Assembly (NCBI GenBank): GCA_964016885.1
Contig: OZ024741.1
Span: forward strand, 286,998,001 to 287,062,000
Direction of reading: 5' to 3'
Length of the DNA stretch: 64,000 nt
DNA from: Eledone cirrhosa
Taxonomy: Eukaryota
This document shows positions 27,130 through 43,502 of this stretch, piece by piece (position 1 is the stretch's first letter; every line of letters begins with the position of its first letter). Under the pieces are notes generated by a model. It made no database searches. It was given only the letters and a program-made list of their open reading frames with translations, and was not told the origin of the DNA. A program made the position numbers and the translations under genes.

Positions 27130-30073
27130 CTACAGGCTGATATAGAGAGAAGGCCCATTCACTCGGGCCATTCTCGCTACTTTCACCCATCTTTCATAAA
27201 ACTTGCTGGGGTAGAGCACCTCTCTCTCCATTCTGATCCTTCTTCTAATGTGGTACTTGAAAAAAAAGACCAGTTGTTGGCCGGAGAGATATGTGTCTGA
27301 CCTCAGCCCTTTCAACCTTGTCCACCATACAACTTCTTTCGCCATGGCTATCACACAGAGGAAAACCGCCTCTCCTTCGTTTTTGAAAGGGGGAGGCGGT
27401 TTGATTGTGACAATGTTCTCGGTGGTCAACCGGATTGGTCCCACCCGCGACAGTAGTCGTTCTACATAGCCCCACAGGTCAGCAACGCCCGGGCAGTGTA
27501 CGAATGCGTGTGCGACGGTTTTCTCGTCACGCACGCATCTTGGGCAGATCTTCTTCGAGGGGTCCCTACCCGGGCGCCCGTGTCTGTAGAGATGTCCCGA
27601 ACGGGTAGAGCTCCTCGGTAACATTGCCAAGCCAGGGACTTTTGGAAGTTGTCCATAGGTCCCGGGCCAAACGTCCTACCAAACAGACTGGCCAGCTCGT
27701 CTTCCTCCATGCCCAGAGCCTCTCCGAGAGCGTCGTCGCACTTACTGCGCACCAACCCTCTATAGAATGTTAAGGTTGAGTCTCCACTGATTGCCGGATC
27801 CGCTTGCCAGAGGGCCGTGAGCGCCTGGGCACATTCAATGTGCCAGTCGCCCACTTTTCTCGGTCTTTTCTTGACCCAGGATTGCAGCTCGGTGAGTGAG
27901 TCGAGTCTCGGAAAGGCTCGCCTCACAAACAGGGCCCACACCGGATGACCGGTGAGGAATACCTGGAGGTGTCGTAGCCTTAATGCGTGTCTACGCATCG
28001 TCAGCCACGGCATCCCCAGCCCTCCGTTCGAAGGGTGTTGACAGCAGATGGATCTTCTCACCAAAGGAGCCCGCTTCTTCCAAAGAAATCGGAAGAGCGC
28101 GCGTTCCATTTTGGCGAGTGTTTTCTCTGGGCAAGGCACGACGGTCAAGCGGTAGTAGATGACGGACGCTATATAAGCGTTCGCCACCTCCGCTCGACCT
28201 TTCAGGGATAGTTTGCACTCGGCCCACTTCTGGGCGAGTGCAAACACCTTGCCCGTTACCTCGTCCCAGTTTTTCTCCACCGCATCCAGGTACCGATGGT
28301 CAACCCTATCGAACGCTTTAGATTGATCCAAGTTGATCAGGACCCCACCAAAGCCGGGTTCGTTCCCTACCCTCTCTACGATGTATCGCATGAGGTGGAG
28401 GTTGTCGTGTATGGACCTGGACGGGATTGCGCATGTCTGCGCTTCTCCCACCAGGTTCCCGACGACAAGCGCCAACCTCTTCGCTAACACCTTGTCCAAA
28501 ATCTTTAACTCTGTGTTTAGCAGAGTTATCTATGTCATCCCCCTTGTTCTCGTCCTTCCTCAACAGCGTGACTACGCCCTTGGTCACAGAACTGGGAATT
28601 CTCCCGTTCTGTTGCCAGTTGCAGTAGACCGCCTTCGAGGAGACCGGAGAACAAGCCCGGCATCGCTACATAAAGTTCGTATGGTAGACCATCGAGACCC
28701 GGAGATTTGCGTTTGCCGCATTGGCTCAGCGCTTCCCCTACTTCAGCGGCTGAAATCGGCCTCTCGCAGGACTTCGCCTCCCCGTCCGAGAGCCGCGCCA
28801 GACCGTCGAGGTATGGACCGAAATCCATGGCCCCACCCGGCCCGCCGCCCCATCCCGAACAGTCGTGCAAAGCGCCGTTGAAAGGCCGTGCTCATCCACT
28901 CAGGTTCAAGGATCACGCGTCCATCCTGGTCCTTCAAAGACCGAATCGTGGACTTGTTTCCACTTTTTGCCTCTGTCACTCGGGCCCAGCTAACAGCTTT
29001 GGCTCCCTCGTTACTCAGAGCACGTATTTTACTCCTGACAACGCATCCCTCGTGCTTCGCATCAAAGAACTGGTCTAGGGCCGTTCTTGACGCCAGCACG
29101 CCGGCCACGTTGCCACTCCTAATCGCCTCTTCTACTCTGTTTGTTAATTCCCTTTCAGTTCTATTCCTATCTGATGCTAATTCCCGACTAAAACCTATCG
29201 ATTCTATTCTAATTTCTCTCTTGAGAGAGCCCCGCCACCTGTTGTTGACAATTTCCCGCGTCAAACGCTGCTTAACTAGTGTGCTAATCCGCTTACTGTA
29301 AGCTTTGTTTGTCGGTAAAGACAAGTTTAGCTTCCAGTAACCGGGTCCCTGTCTATGAGTTATATCAAGGTTGACCACTCCGGTCAACAACTTGTGATCC
29401 GAATAGTCAACCATGAACATTCGTGGACAGCTCAATATGTCCCTATCCTTATTTCTAACTAGGAACCTATCTAGGTACGACCTGAATGTTCCGCTGCGAT
29501 TACTCCACGTCCACCGTGGCACAGTCGGAAAATCCAGTCGATATCTATCGGCCAGATCAAATCGGCCGATTAATCGTTTGAGGCTGTTACACCCCCCTCT
29601 ATCGGGACATGCCCCTACATAGTCCCAACGTGCATCCAGGATACCATTCCAGTCCCCCACTAAAAGCAAGGAGCGAGACGTTCCCAGGAAATTCTCCAGG
29701 TATCGGAAGAAGTCCGGTCGCGGTGTCCCAGATGGGGCATACGCTGCCACCAGCCTGAAAGCTCCACCTTCACCACTGCCGACGTCTAAAACCACCAGTC
29801 GACCCTCCGGGTCCAGGTGAACCTTCTGTGGGGCAAGACCCAGGTATTTTCGCAGCAGAACGACAACTCCACCCCACCCCTCGGCTGACAGAGAGATGCG
29901 TAGATCTCAAAGTCGTCGAAGATGGGGGCCAGTTGGTGCTCGCTGCTGATCCTGGACTCGCAAATAACCATTACATCCACTCTGTGCGACCTGAGGTCAT
30001 TTAAGAATTTGCCCTGTTTCCAGGACATCCCCAAGCCGCGTGCATTCACACATCCAACTCTTATATTGGCCAT
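27130..30073 (-). pseudogene. L1/Tx1 ORF2 (APE endonuclease, RT, zinc finger), frameshifted, RT core deleted
   Basis: VNARGL, VAAYAP, LVGDWN, SYLDRFLV, YSDHKL, GPGYWKLN, KSPGLDGLPYELY, LAKRL, LDQSKAFDRVDH, GGLGMP, CPRC..ETVAHAFVHC; no QG..LSP or YADD motif between HRYLDAV and EKNWDEV. Confidence 0.9.
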
Positions 30074-30115
30074 GTTGGTGCTGAAGAGGTAAAAAGGAAG
30101 AGGAAAGGAAATTAC

Positions 30116-31890
30116 TTACCTCTTCGTCTCCTGGGGACCAGGCTGCACAATTTCCATGGGGGTGTTGGAAGGGTTGTTTGGTGGGGTGGTGGTTTGTGGT
30201 GGGGTGAGGACATCAGTGTGTGGTGGGATTAGGGTGTTTGGTGGGGTGTGGGTGTCTGGTGTGGGGGTGGGGAAACATCTCAATAGGACGCCGTTATGTG
30301 GTTTGGTGCAGTTGGTCCCCACATGCATTGGATGGTTCTTTTTCAAAGTTACATAGGTTTCCGTTGGGACCCTAATCATCATTAGGTGCGGTTTGTTCGC
30401 TGCGTAGGTGAAAGTGATCCCTTCGGTTTCCACCGAAGGGTTATTTTCTATCGCTTTCATCAACGTTTTATTGTTCTTGTTAATGTATGTATAGAGTTTT
30501 TGTTGTGTTGTGTTTGTTTTTGTTTGTTGTTCTTGCGGGTGTTTGCGTTTTGTAGTACGTGTTATGTTTTGGGGAGGGGCGGGTTTTTTTATTTGTGATG
30601 TTTGTTCTGTTTGTGCTGGTGGTTGTGTGTTTGTGGCATTTTTGTTAATGTGGTGCCTTTTTTTTTTCCTTTTCACCTGTTGAAAGGGTTCTCCCTCGTC
30701 GTCACTGGGTGACGTTGATACGGAGTCCTCTTCCGTGTTGTTGGGGAGGGGTATATTTTGGGGTTTTGTTGTGGTTGCTTTTGTATTTGTTTTAGGTGGG
30801 GAGGGGTTGGGTGGAACAGTGTTTTGTGTTGTTATTTTTCCGTGTTGTTGTTGTGGTGGTGGTGGTGGTGGTGGTGGTTGTGTTGTTGTGTTCGGGGTTG
30901 GCAGAAGAGCCTTTTTTTTTTACTCGTTAATTGAGGACAGGCAGCCCTCAGGTGACCCCTGCTTAAGCAGTGGTAACATGACGGCCGCCTTCCCTCCACT
31001 GAAATGTTTATATAAGTTAGCCCGTCCAGAGGCACGCGTTGTGGGATATTCGCTATTCGTTCTGGACTCATTTGCACCAGAACTTCTACGGTGGTCCCAC
31101 CAAATACACCTCCGGAGGACTTTCCTATTGAAATTATCTTGTCTTCGTCAAAGTTAATTATTCCACATAGTATCCACCAAATGTTTACATTTGGTGTGAT
31201 ACTCATTATTTTTATTCTTTGTGTCCTTTTTCCCCTGTATGTGGGGTAAAAGGTGAAGCGGGTGGACACAATGGGTGCTACCGAGTACTTTTGAGCTGTT
31301 GACTGGTTGTTCATCAGCACCGAAATGCTACCAAACAGTTTACCTTTTTGTATGAAGGTTAAGTCCTTCATTGCGTCTTTTAGAACCAGCTAATTTTCAT
31401 TTTGTGATAATTGAGCTGGTTTTCTTGTTACGTTCGATATTGTCCTGAAAACCACAGTTTTCAGGACAGCCTCTCTACGTAATTCCTGTGGAGAATTGAT
31501 GCTAAAAGCACCGTTTTCGCCAAAAGTCACGAATTGTTTTGCGTCTTGTAATAGTTGTTTAGCATTTGTTATGTCTATTGGCGTGTATAGTTCGTTTTTT
31601 TTTACGGTCTGTGCGAATGTTGTTTTGGTGTTGTCTTTCGTGTTACTGTCACTGTTGGTAATATTGGTGTTGCTATTGTTGCAGTTGTTGGTTGTGGTTT
31701 TGTTGTCATTGTTCTTGTTGTTGGTGCTGGTATTATTTGCCGGGTTTGGTCTCGCGGTTTCGATATTTTCCACGTTTTTCGATGATGCGAGGGGGGACGG
31801 CTGCAAGCTTTGTACTCCTACCTTCCCTCCACCACTTTTCTTAGTGGGCATGGCACTCATGACAGTGTGCGAGGTGGAAATGGCATCCAT
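30116..31890 (-). pseudogene. L1/Tx1 ORF1 (nucleic-acid-binding protein), disrupted
   Basis: TTFAQTVK, SVEGRRPSCYHCLSRGHLRAACP zinc knuckle, PFQQVKRKKKR; split over three ORFs. Confidence 0.8.
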
Positions 31891-32079
31891 TGCCACCAAG
31901 TCTACAGTTTTTAGATGAAAATTGAAAATTTCGCCCCAGAAAGGGGCGAAAATTTGTTGACTTAACTTCTGACGGCCAAGGCAAGGGGCTAAACCAAACA
32001 ATGTTATTAAATTGATCAATAAACTCACAGTTCTTTTTTACAACAATCCGCAAAAATCCGGAGCAAAGTAAATCACGTC

Positions 32080-32990
32080 TATATCAAGTGGTAATTGATA
32101 TAGAGAGGGGGAGAGATTGGTAGTGATGGATAGAGTGAGAGGGAGTGAGAAAGTGTGTTGTATGGTAGATATAGAGTGTGGGATAGTTTGGTAGTGATGG
32201 ATAGAGTGAGAGGGAGTGAGAAAGTGTGTTGTATGGTAGATATAGAGTGTGGGATAGTTTGGTAGTGATGGATAGAGTGAGAGGGAGTGAGAAAGTGTGT
32301 TGTATGGTAGATATAGAGTGTGGGATAGTTTGGTGTAAATATAGAGAGTTTGTTGTTAATTGATATAGAGAGGGACATTGGGAGACAATATTGTATGGTA
32401 GATATAGAGAGGGGGAGCGTTTGGTGTTAATTGGTATAGAGAGCGGGCATGGAAGAGTGTTTGTGTAGTAGATATAGAGAGGGGAAGAGTTTGGTGTTAC
32501 TTGATATAGAGAGGATTATTGGGAGTACCGTGTAGTAGATATAGAGAGGTGGATAATTTGCTGGTTGTAGATATACAGGGAGGGACAATGGGAGAGGGCT
32601 GTGTAGATATAGAGAGGGGGAGAGTTTATGGGTGATTGCTATACAGAGCGGGATTGGGAGAGATAAGTGTAGATATTTATAAAGTGTGATAGAGTGTATT
32701 AGTCTTAGATATAGAGAGTGGGATAAAAGAGGCAGTGTCGTGGTAGATATAGAGAGGGATAGAGTTAGATAGTGATGGATAGAGTGAGAGGGAATAAGAG
32801 AGTGTGGTGTATGGAAGATATAGAGAGGAGGATAGTTTGGTGCTAATTGATATAGAGAGAGAGATTGGAAGAGAGTTCCGTATAGTAGATATAGAAAGAG
32901 GGAGAGTGTGTTGTTTATTGATATAGAAAGCGGGATTGGAAGAGAGTTCCGTGTAGTAGATATATAGGAGAGAGTTTCGTGCTAATTAAT
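32080..32990. repeat. GA-rich minisatellite: three 71-bp copies (32119, 32190, 32261) in a degenerate array of about 35-bp GATATAGAGAG subunits
   Basis: Periodicity read directly. Confidence 0.88.
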
Positions 32991-34060
32991 ATTAATATGA
33001 ATCACTTACAATAAAATTTCAGCGGAGATAGATTAGCAAAATTTAATAAGCGGGTGGGGGTGGGCCAGGGCAATAAAAACCGAGTTGGGGAATCTGACAA
33101 ATTAATAAGCGGAGGATGGGGACGATTATTCAAGATATTGACGGACGTAAGAATGAAAACTAAATACCGAAGTAGAGTTTAAATATTCTTTTATCACTCT
33201 GGAATCTCGCCTGCGTACACACCAGACAAGACTGGTGATTCTGTAAGTTCGCATGTAAAACTTTAGAGTAACAAATCTCACCAATAACCATAATAAATGA
33301 ATGTATATATATATATATATATAAATTAATAAAAATAATGAATAAAAACAAAGAAACAGTGCCTTATATTAAAACATTCATCATTTTACGATCGTTTCTA
33401 GGATATAAACAAAAAATCTGAAGCAATTTCGGCTTGTAAACATAAATTGCACAAAACTTTCCTGTATTACAGCCCCACGTTATACCCTAACGGATAGTAC
33501 GATCTATACGTGGATATTTTACGTCTTGATGTCGTAGCTAAGTATATGTTTTGTTTATACCATCACTTATACCATTTACGTGGTTTTGTCTTTGCGTGCA
33601 ATTGTTCTCTACGCTCCACATACGACGTATTATCTTCGTTTTTTCCCGTTCATTGCCAGAGAACGTCTCTATGAACCACCTAAGGGAACATTAGTCTACG
33701 ACTTCTTTTATACCATAAACGTGGTTCTGTCTTTGCGCGTAATTGTTTTTCACCGCTCCTATTAATGACGTATTATATTCGTTTTTTCCCGTTCTTTGCC
33801 AGGGAACGTTTCCACGAACCAAAGTATCGTCTTCCTGTGTTCCTCTGGTTGCAACGTTTTTTGAAATATCCACTTCTGCGTTTACAGATTGACTTAGTTA
33901 GTTTCAGAAGATCTCGTTAAGGGTGAAAGCAGCGATTCTTTGCTTAAACTTTAATCTGTTATTTTAATAAATATTTGCTCTACGGTTCTTATATATTTGA
34001 TATATATTTATCCTTATCGAGCCCTCTTTGGATTTTAGTCTTCAAATTTATTATTATTAC

Positions 34061-34098
<38 letters not shown>

Positions 34099-34361
34099 TG
34101 ATATCTTTTCGCCTTAACATATGTTGATGCCCTAAGGACAGACACTGGTCTCTTGGAGACGCAGGATATGGCAGCGATAATGAGGGACAGAGACCGCTAG
34201 AGAGAACTCGTGCATGGATCTCAGGAATTTTACCCGCCCTAGACATATATAGGGGATGAATAAATTGTTTATAATACCAACTTTCTTATCAAATGCGAAG
34301 AAGCTCGATATATTAACCCCTTAGGAAAGGGCACAGAGCATAATTTTTTAAATCATATATA

Positions 34362-34592
34362 CAGTGGTGGTGGAACTTGGGTGGAGGGCATGCCCTCCTG
34401 CAATAATTACATTTTCTCACCAAACTACCAAAACACACATCTATTTGGATATGCGCTACAATTTATGTACGTTATGTTTATTGCATATCGAAATTTTCTG
34501 ATCATTTTAGAGTGCAAAGAGCGAAAAGAATCACTACAACTATATTGTCCAAATTTAGCACCCCCAGTTGAGAAATGCATCCACCGCCCCTG
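34362..34592. mobile_element. Possible hAT-type MITE; related left end at about 26734-26850
   Basis: Termini CAGTGGTGGTGGA and TCCACCGCCCCTG; shared internal CCAAACTACCAAA(A)CACACATCTATTTG; no 8-bp TSD seen. Confidence 0.5.
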
Positions 34593-34977
34593 TTATTGCA
34601 GTTAGGTTTGGTGTTTGGGATTCTCACAATTCCAAATAAAAACACACACATACACACATATACACATACTCAATATTTCCTGAATTGTTGTTTTACAACA
34701 TATATAGTCCTGTACTCTTCGAATCACTTCAGTTTCACAAGGGCTTTGCGCATGAGGTGCTTAGATCTTAAATGACTGGTATAGATTTAGGGCTATAATA
34801 AAACGTATACACCAGTGTTATTATAGTATGGAAATTTATTTCTCCCGTTTCTACAACGAATATGAAGTACATATGCAGCAACACACATACATACACTAAC
34901 ACACTTATACCCACACATATCTATATTTATACATACATATGTATACATATATACATATAGATGTATATATACACATA

Positions 34978-35049
<72 letters not shown>

Positions 35050-35264
35050 TATGCATATATATATATTATATATATATAATTATATATGCATATATAATTA
35101 TATATATTATATATATGCATATATAATTATATATATATATGCATATATATATATATGTTATATTTAATTTGTTGGGATTCCAACAAACTTAAAAGTTTAT
35201 AACTGATATAGAGCACTCATAAAATAATTATGGTTTTATAAATATAGTTTCCATTTATTAATAT

Positions 35265-35325
<61 letters not shown>

Positions 35326-35473
35326 GGAGGCTCGTATTTGTGTAATAATATTGCCAGAATTAATAACAAAAGCCCCGCAGAACTAATATATATATATATA
35401 TATATGAAACTCCAATTGGAACCCTGTAACCATTAAGCTCCAAGTATAAAATACTGAGCGGATTAATAATATA

Positions 35474-36041
<568 letters not shown>

Positions 36042-36719
36042 TTATATATATAAAATTGGTCGTTTTGGAAGCCTCAACAATGCAGATGGGTAAATCTCCG
36101 GGTAACAGAATCAGGTGGTGATGAGAGAGATGTAAGAGGAAATGTAGAATGAGACACATAGGGTGTAGAGGAACGTAGGGAAGAGTATAAAAATAATAAC
36201 ACGAGATAGAGTTACCTTGGAAGAGATTTAATTGTCCCTCGGATTTCGCATCAATCAACTGGGGATTTTCCAAGGGGGAAGCTTTTTAGTCGAAGAGGAA
36301 CAACACCTGGCCTCTGTTGTCTGCCGTTTGTGTACAACTGAAATATTCTGTAGGGCTCACGTGCGCGCAGAATAGCTGTGGTCAGGAAAAGGTCGGGGCA
36401 GTTCTTCTTTACTAGGGTAGTGGGATGGTGCTTCGCTGTCAATCTATTATACTACTTATATTCAGTCTTTGATACTTGGCAGTATTGGAAGTCTGCCTGA
36501 TTGTTGTTTGCTGCTCGGTGGATGGTGGACACGCTATACACACAATAACAGTCGTTCAATTGCCACTGTGTGTCTGTTGTTGTTTCATTTGTTTACACCA
36601 GCCATTTCGTCTCGCTTCTCTCGGATCGGTTATTTATTTGTGGTCCTAGGAGTTTGATCCAAAGTGCTTCCTTGATTCTTAAGGTACCGACGTTGCGTTC
36701 TGTCGCTAACACTGTGACA

Positions 36720-37720
36720 ATGGGCCTTCTGTCTGCTTTGGGCTCACCCCCACTGACATCCACCAGCTCCTATCCGTCGTCGTTGACACACATTTCAATG
36801 TTCTCGACCAAACATACCGGCAGACCTCAGGGCTACCCATGGGTTCAAGCCTGTCGGGTGTGCTAACGATCTCGTACATGGACAGCCTCGAACGCAAGGC
36901 ACTCAACGCCTGCCACCCCAACGCCGTCGCCTTCTTCTTAAGATACGTGGACGACATGCTCATCCTCACATCTTCCCAGGAGATGGCGAACGGAACTTAC
37001 GAGACGTTCAGCAACACGGATGAGAATATTGACTTCAGTGTTGAACACCCCAACGACGAGGGTCCCTTGCCCACTTCGACTTCCGAATCAACATCACGGA
37101 GCAAGGAGGGATCCACACCAGCTTCCACCGCAAGTCAGCCTGCAGGGATTTCTTCGTCCACTACAAATCTGCCCTCCCTAACAGTGCTAAAAGAGGGTAC
37201 ATCACGAACGAGATCACTCGGATTAAAAACAGATGCAGCGATCCCGTGAGTGGTATCACCCATACCAAGCGGTTCCTCAGGGTGCTGGAGACGAACGGAT
37301 ACCCAGCCTCACTTACAAGCAGAGTAAGAGACACCAGACGCAAGAGGCAGAGAAACACCCAAGACAAGTGCTTCCTTAAAATCCCGCACCTGGGCGAGAA
37401 AACCACCAACGCTATCCGCAGGACCATACGGAGGGAGCGCCTCGACATCCACATGGCCCACTCGGGCCCCTCTCTACGTAGATGCCTCTCCAGGAAACAC
37501 GGGAAATTGGTTGACGCGTGTTCCCTCAGTAACTGTCTGGTGCGCCAAACGAACTGTTGCTTACGCACGTACGTTGTATACAGGGTAGAATGTGACAAGT
37601 GTAAACGACTACTACATCGGTAGCACAATGCGGCCACTACATATCCGGATCAAGGAGCACATCAATGCCAGGGCCTCGTCTTTCCGGAAACACATAACCA
37701 AATGCGGAAACAAAAACTGA
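36720..37720 (+). pseudogene. 5'-truncated Penelope/Poseidon-type RT plus GIY-YIG, frameshifted
   Basis: GLPMGSSLSGVLTISYM, FLRYVDDML, IDFSVE, LETNGYP, LKIPHLGE, VVYRVECDKC, then (shifted frame) YIGSTMRPLHIRIKEH. Confidence 0.88.
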
Positions 37721-37924
37721 AGGCCCATTGCCAAAACATGGGATCAACAACACGTGCTACAGGTCGCCATGCTACTAGACTTCCTAGCAGCCAGGTCGAA
37801 CAGCGCCTTGAAACGACCTGTAGCACGTGTTGTTGATCCCATGTTTGTTGTGGGGCACTTACAATTAATAATATTAATTATTAAAATATGTATGTATGTA
37901 TGTATTTACGTATGTATGTATGTA

Positions 37925-38300
37925 AGTATCTATGTAAGGAAAATAGACTGCTCTAAACTGCCTGCTGTTGAACATCATCTGGTTTGCCAGCACTGTGGTC
38001 GAGTCTGCCTGAGCAAAACTGGTTTGACTAGACATGAACAAAGTCATATCAGTAGACCTCATGTAGATTATGACCTGAAAAGGTGTAAGGAATGTACTAG
38101 CATGGGAGGTCTTAAAAGACACACGAGAGCACACAGCCAGAACAAAGCAATGGAAAGTCCTGGAGGAGCCTACAGTTCCCATGTGTGTGCCAGAGGGTGC
38201 AAGTCTTTGGCTGGTTTAAAGAGACACATTCGTGCCTCACATTTTTAAGCATTTTATCAGGCGATGGCAACGCTTGAACACGAATTTGCAGCCATCATGC
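37925..38300 (+). mobile_element. 3' fragment of an RTE-like LINE with C2H2 remnants
   Basis: CQHCGRVCLSKTGLTRH and VCARGCKSLAGLKRH; 3' end GAATTTGCAGCCATCATG matches the other RTE derivatives; flanked by TATG repeats. Confidence 0.6.
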
Positions 38301-39588
38301 ATTTACATATGTATGTATGTATGAATCTATAACCCCCGATGGAGTTTTATGGGCGCCATCGTGACATATATCTTAACTTGGGCGGATCCCATCCCCACTC
38401 CAGGTCTGAACTCAGCCGATTTCTTGCAGAGCAGGAGAGAGAGAGTGAGAGTAAGAGAGAGAGTGAGAATTGGTATAAGAAAGAGATATAGACGAAGAAT
38501 CGAGCATAAAAAGACGTAAGTAAATATCACGTAGATACTATCGACTATTGCTCTGTCGCCTCTATCATTCTATCATCTCTCCCAATGTTCTATGTCAATA
38601 ATCATTTCTTTCCACATCACCCCCTCCCCCCATCCTTTTGCTATCCCGAATCGATCTGATAGAAATCGAATCTAAAGTGAATATAAATAACTACACCTCC
38701 GTAATATCGGATCGATAGCAGCTCGTCTAAGGAAGGAGTCCCGTGAGATGCCATTTTGTCCGCAGAGCACAGCCGAAACACCGTTCTGACTTAGGTGTAG
38801 AGTTTGTCATACTCACCCCTTCCCCCCTTTCTTTCTTACTTTGTTTAGTAGTCCTTGTTTTTCTCTTCTTTTTCCTATCATTTATAGCATTTATAGTCCT
38901 CTCCAATACTGCTCTCTTTCCCTGTATGTTTAATACACCCTATTGTTTAAAAAAGCATTGGATAACTAAAAACATATAGATCCACACATACAATAACATC
39001 TGTACCTGCAAACACATATACACAAACAGATTGAATAAGATAACACTGTTATAGATTCTTTCCTCACAATTCAGGATGGGCAAGGCTGGAGTGACTTTGA
39101 TCCTCTGACTACTCGATTAGGGATGACCCTGGTCTAAACAACAACTGTAAAACATCAACGACGACAACAACTATATTGAAATTACATTGATATTCCATAG
39201 TAACACACTACAGTAATTTCGATAGCTTCACAAGCAAACCAATATCAATTGTATATTATGATCTGAGGTCATTGCCAACAGTAATACCTATTCCTTATAT
39301 AATTATAGAGATTTACATTGTCACATATCGATTCTTAACTAGCACCATTTGGTTTAGATCCCTTTCAAATTCTTCTGAAAAGAATGAGTGTACCACATCT
39401 AGAGTAAATGACCTTCTCTCTGTAAATCGATGTTTTATGCCCAGTCATAAGAAAACCAATTAACTAACCGATGAATCGATGAATCAATCTAAGTTTAATA
39501 TATCTTTTCAGCACATAAAATAACACACACACACACACACATACACATACACACATACACACATATATATGCATATATATATAAATAA

Positions 39589-39660
<72 letters not shown>

Positions 39661-40159
39661 ATATGTGTATGTATATATGTGTGTGCGTATATATATATAT
39701 GTGTAACTTTATAATCATGTATTAAAACATAAATATTACTTCTATGTTTATATATCGGTCCAAACATTACTGGAACAGTCACAGCAGAGACAGTAAAGGC
39801 GCCTAAGGTTAAAAGATAGGAGGACTATGAGGTTAAGCTGGAATCCAGCTTTAGGTCACAAATAAACTATTCTGGTAGACCATCCGTCAGCTTTGTGATA
39901 AAGGTCGCCCCCCGTGCAACCTACCAGGAACGAATTTGTTCTTCTCGCTGAAGAGGTGGATCCTCGCGAGGTTGAGAGAATACTTCGACGGATCTAAATC
40001 CGGTCAAAACATATTGTGATATACATGAGCTGCATCTAGGGGCGAACACTAACTTCTCGGTGGTTAAAGTTGCCAGAGTAATTAAATCGCTCAAATGTGA
40101 CAAAGCCTGGTGATTTTGATACCCTTAAATAAAGATATTAAAAGCCTTAAATAATAATA

Positions 40160-40305
40160 GGTGTGGGGTTATGGAGTTCGCTTGGTAATCACCTGATTCT
40201 GTATTGAGTACCGGTACGCCGTGACTTGGACAAGTTTCTTGTATTATAGCCCCAGGTTGATCAATGTCTTGCGAAGGGAATTTGTTTAACAGAAGCTGCA
40301 GAACG
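40160..40305 (+). mobile_element. Highly diverged SINE of a second family
   Basis: Decayed tRNA-like head, then GACTTGGACAAGTTTCTT.TATTATAGCCCCAGGTTGATCAATGTCTTGCGA.GGGAATTTG; recognised from memory only. Confidence 0.4.
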
Positions 40306-40925
40306 GATTTGTCTATGATCGTAAGTTGAATGTTATATATTTTCTTATATTAATTCGATCGTTATGTATTATGCACTTGTGCTATTATTTATTTATTTAT
40401 TTTTTAATAAAACGTATTTGGTTGAAATCTTCTGAAGCAATTTTCAAGCTGTTTGAGTTTAACTACCAATAGTATGATTAGTTCTATCGACTAGGCTTTA
40501 CAGCCTTCATCTTTGGAAGGTCACGCAATGTTGCTGTTGTTTTGGACTGCTCCGTTTAATCACTGCTGATTTCGTGAACAGACCTCCTCGTTGATAATTC
40601 GCTGCACCAGTCCTAGCTGCGTATACTCTCTGGATGTTTTCGGAAATAACACGTAGCGTGAAGGGTTGCCAAGCTCATATATGTATCTGAGACTATGTCT
40701 AATTATATATATATATATACCCTTTGAATTTAATATATACTCCCGTAAGGTTGAGTAAAACTTTAGGCAGTATCCGGCTGTGCTTTCTAGCAACCAACAT
40801 ACTCGCCAACAGGCTCCAATCACAAACTTTCTGCCTTGACCGCTGGCCACGTGATAGTTCTTAGCCATTTTGAATTCATTTCTGGCGGGGATCATGGTAG
40901 AAGAAACTTAGTCCAGTCTGAGGTA

Positions 40926-41008
40926 TCTCCTGAAGAGTTCCAGGCCTCGTGGATGTATCCAAGATCGGGTATATCCAAAAAGTGGAATGAAATCACCGGT
41001 GGTCGAGA
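40926..41008 (+). ncRNA. Type I hammerhead ribozyme, solo
   Basis: TCTC-CTGAAGA-GTTCCA..(GGATGTATCC/GGGTATATCC hairpin)..TGGAAT-GAA-ATCACCGGTGGT-C/GAGA; near-palindromic stem III; GUC site after 41004. Confidence 0.85.
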
Positions 41009-41358
41009 CTAGGAGAATTTTGGTAAAATTTATGTGCATTTTTTCTTCAAACTTCTATTTTGTACCTAATTCAGTGTAGTTAACTATTTGTTTAGTCAAT
41101 GTCTACAGCTAGAGGAAATAATTAGATAGGTGTCATATGGCTGTACATTGCGGAACATAATCTGTATCATTTGTCTATTATTTCTTCATAAGTATATTTT
41201 AAACTTATAGCTTCGTTTAAATGATTTTTTGTGTGGTTAATTTATACTGATTGGAAGAGGAAATACTGTATATATTTTATATACAGTATTGTCTTCGGAC
41301 TTGCATTTATATATATATATCTATATATATATATATATTGTTATACTTGGGGAGGTGT

Positions 41359-41389
<31 letters not shown>

Positions 41390-41478
41390 CATATTCATAT
41401 AGAATATATATATGTACATATATATAGATTCATATATAATATACATATGTACACACACACACACACACACGCACACGC

Positions 41479-43168
<1,690 letters not shown>

Positions 43169-43389
43169 GGATTAACAAATAATAGTTAAATGCAGTCCAC
43201 TTAGGTGAAGTCCAGTTATGGTATTCCAGGTAGTGGATGATATTAACGCTTGGCTTGGTTTGACTCAACAAGGCGTTTTCATAGTGATGCTGCGGGTATG
43301 CCGTAATTCCTATGTTGTAAACACTTGGAGTAATAATAAATCAGGAAAGAAGGTTTACATGGTTTGCTATACAAAAAAGTTTTTAATCA

Positions 43390-43502
43390 CATAGCTTACA
43401 TTTGTTTCACTGAACTGGTATGTCTAGAGATCGCTATTCGCTTAATTTTGCGTTACTCGATCGCCAATACAGAATTATAACCAGTCAGATCTTCGGAGCA
43501 TG
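43390..43502 (-). ncRNA. Type I hammerhead, C4 variant (left arm of D)
   Basis: Reverse complement of 45081-45193. Confidence 0.7.

Larger units (their letters stand above)
26890..32079 (-). mobile_element. L1/Tx1-clade LINE, near full length, inactivated
   Basis: ORF1 with CCHC knuckle; ORF2 with APE endonuclease, RT and C-terminal finger; AATAAA on minus strand at 26898-26903; 5' end AGACGTGATTTACTTTGCTCC. Confidence 0.92.

Noticed and set aside
28333-29622. Plus-strand ORFs inside the LINE
   Set aside because: Antisense shadows of the GC-rich ORF2
37754-38248. Host C2H2 zinc-finger gene
   Set aside because: Fingers lack TGEKP linkers, the ORF starts in unrelated repeats, and the 3' end matches the RTE-type tail
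38720-38792. Hammerhead (CTAAGGA..CCGAAACACCGTT)
   Set aside because: G5 is missing and the stems are poor; at most a decayed remnant
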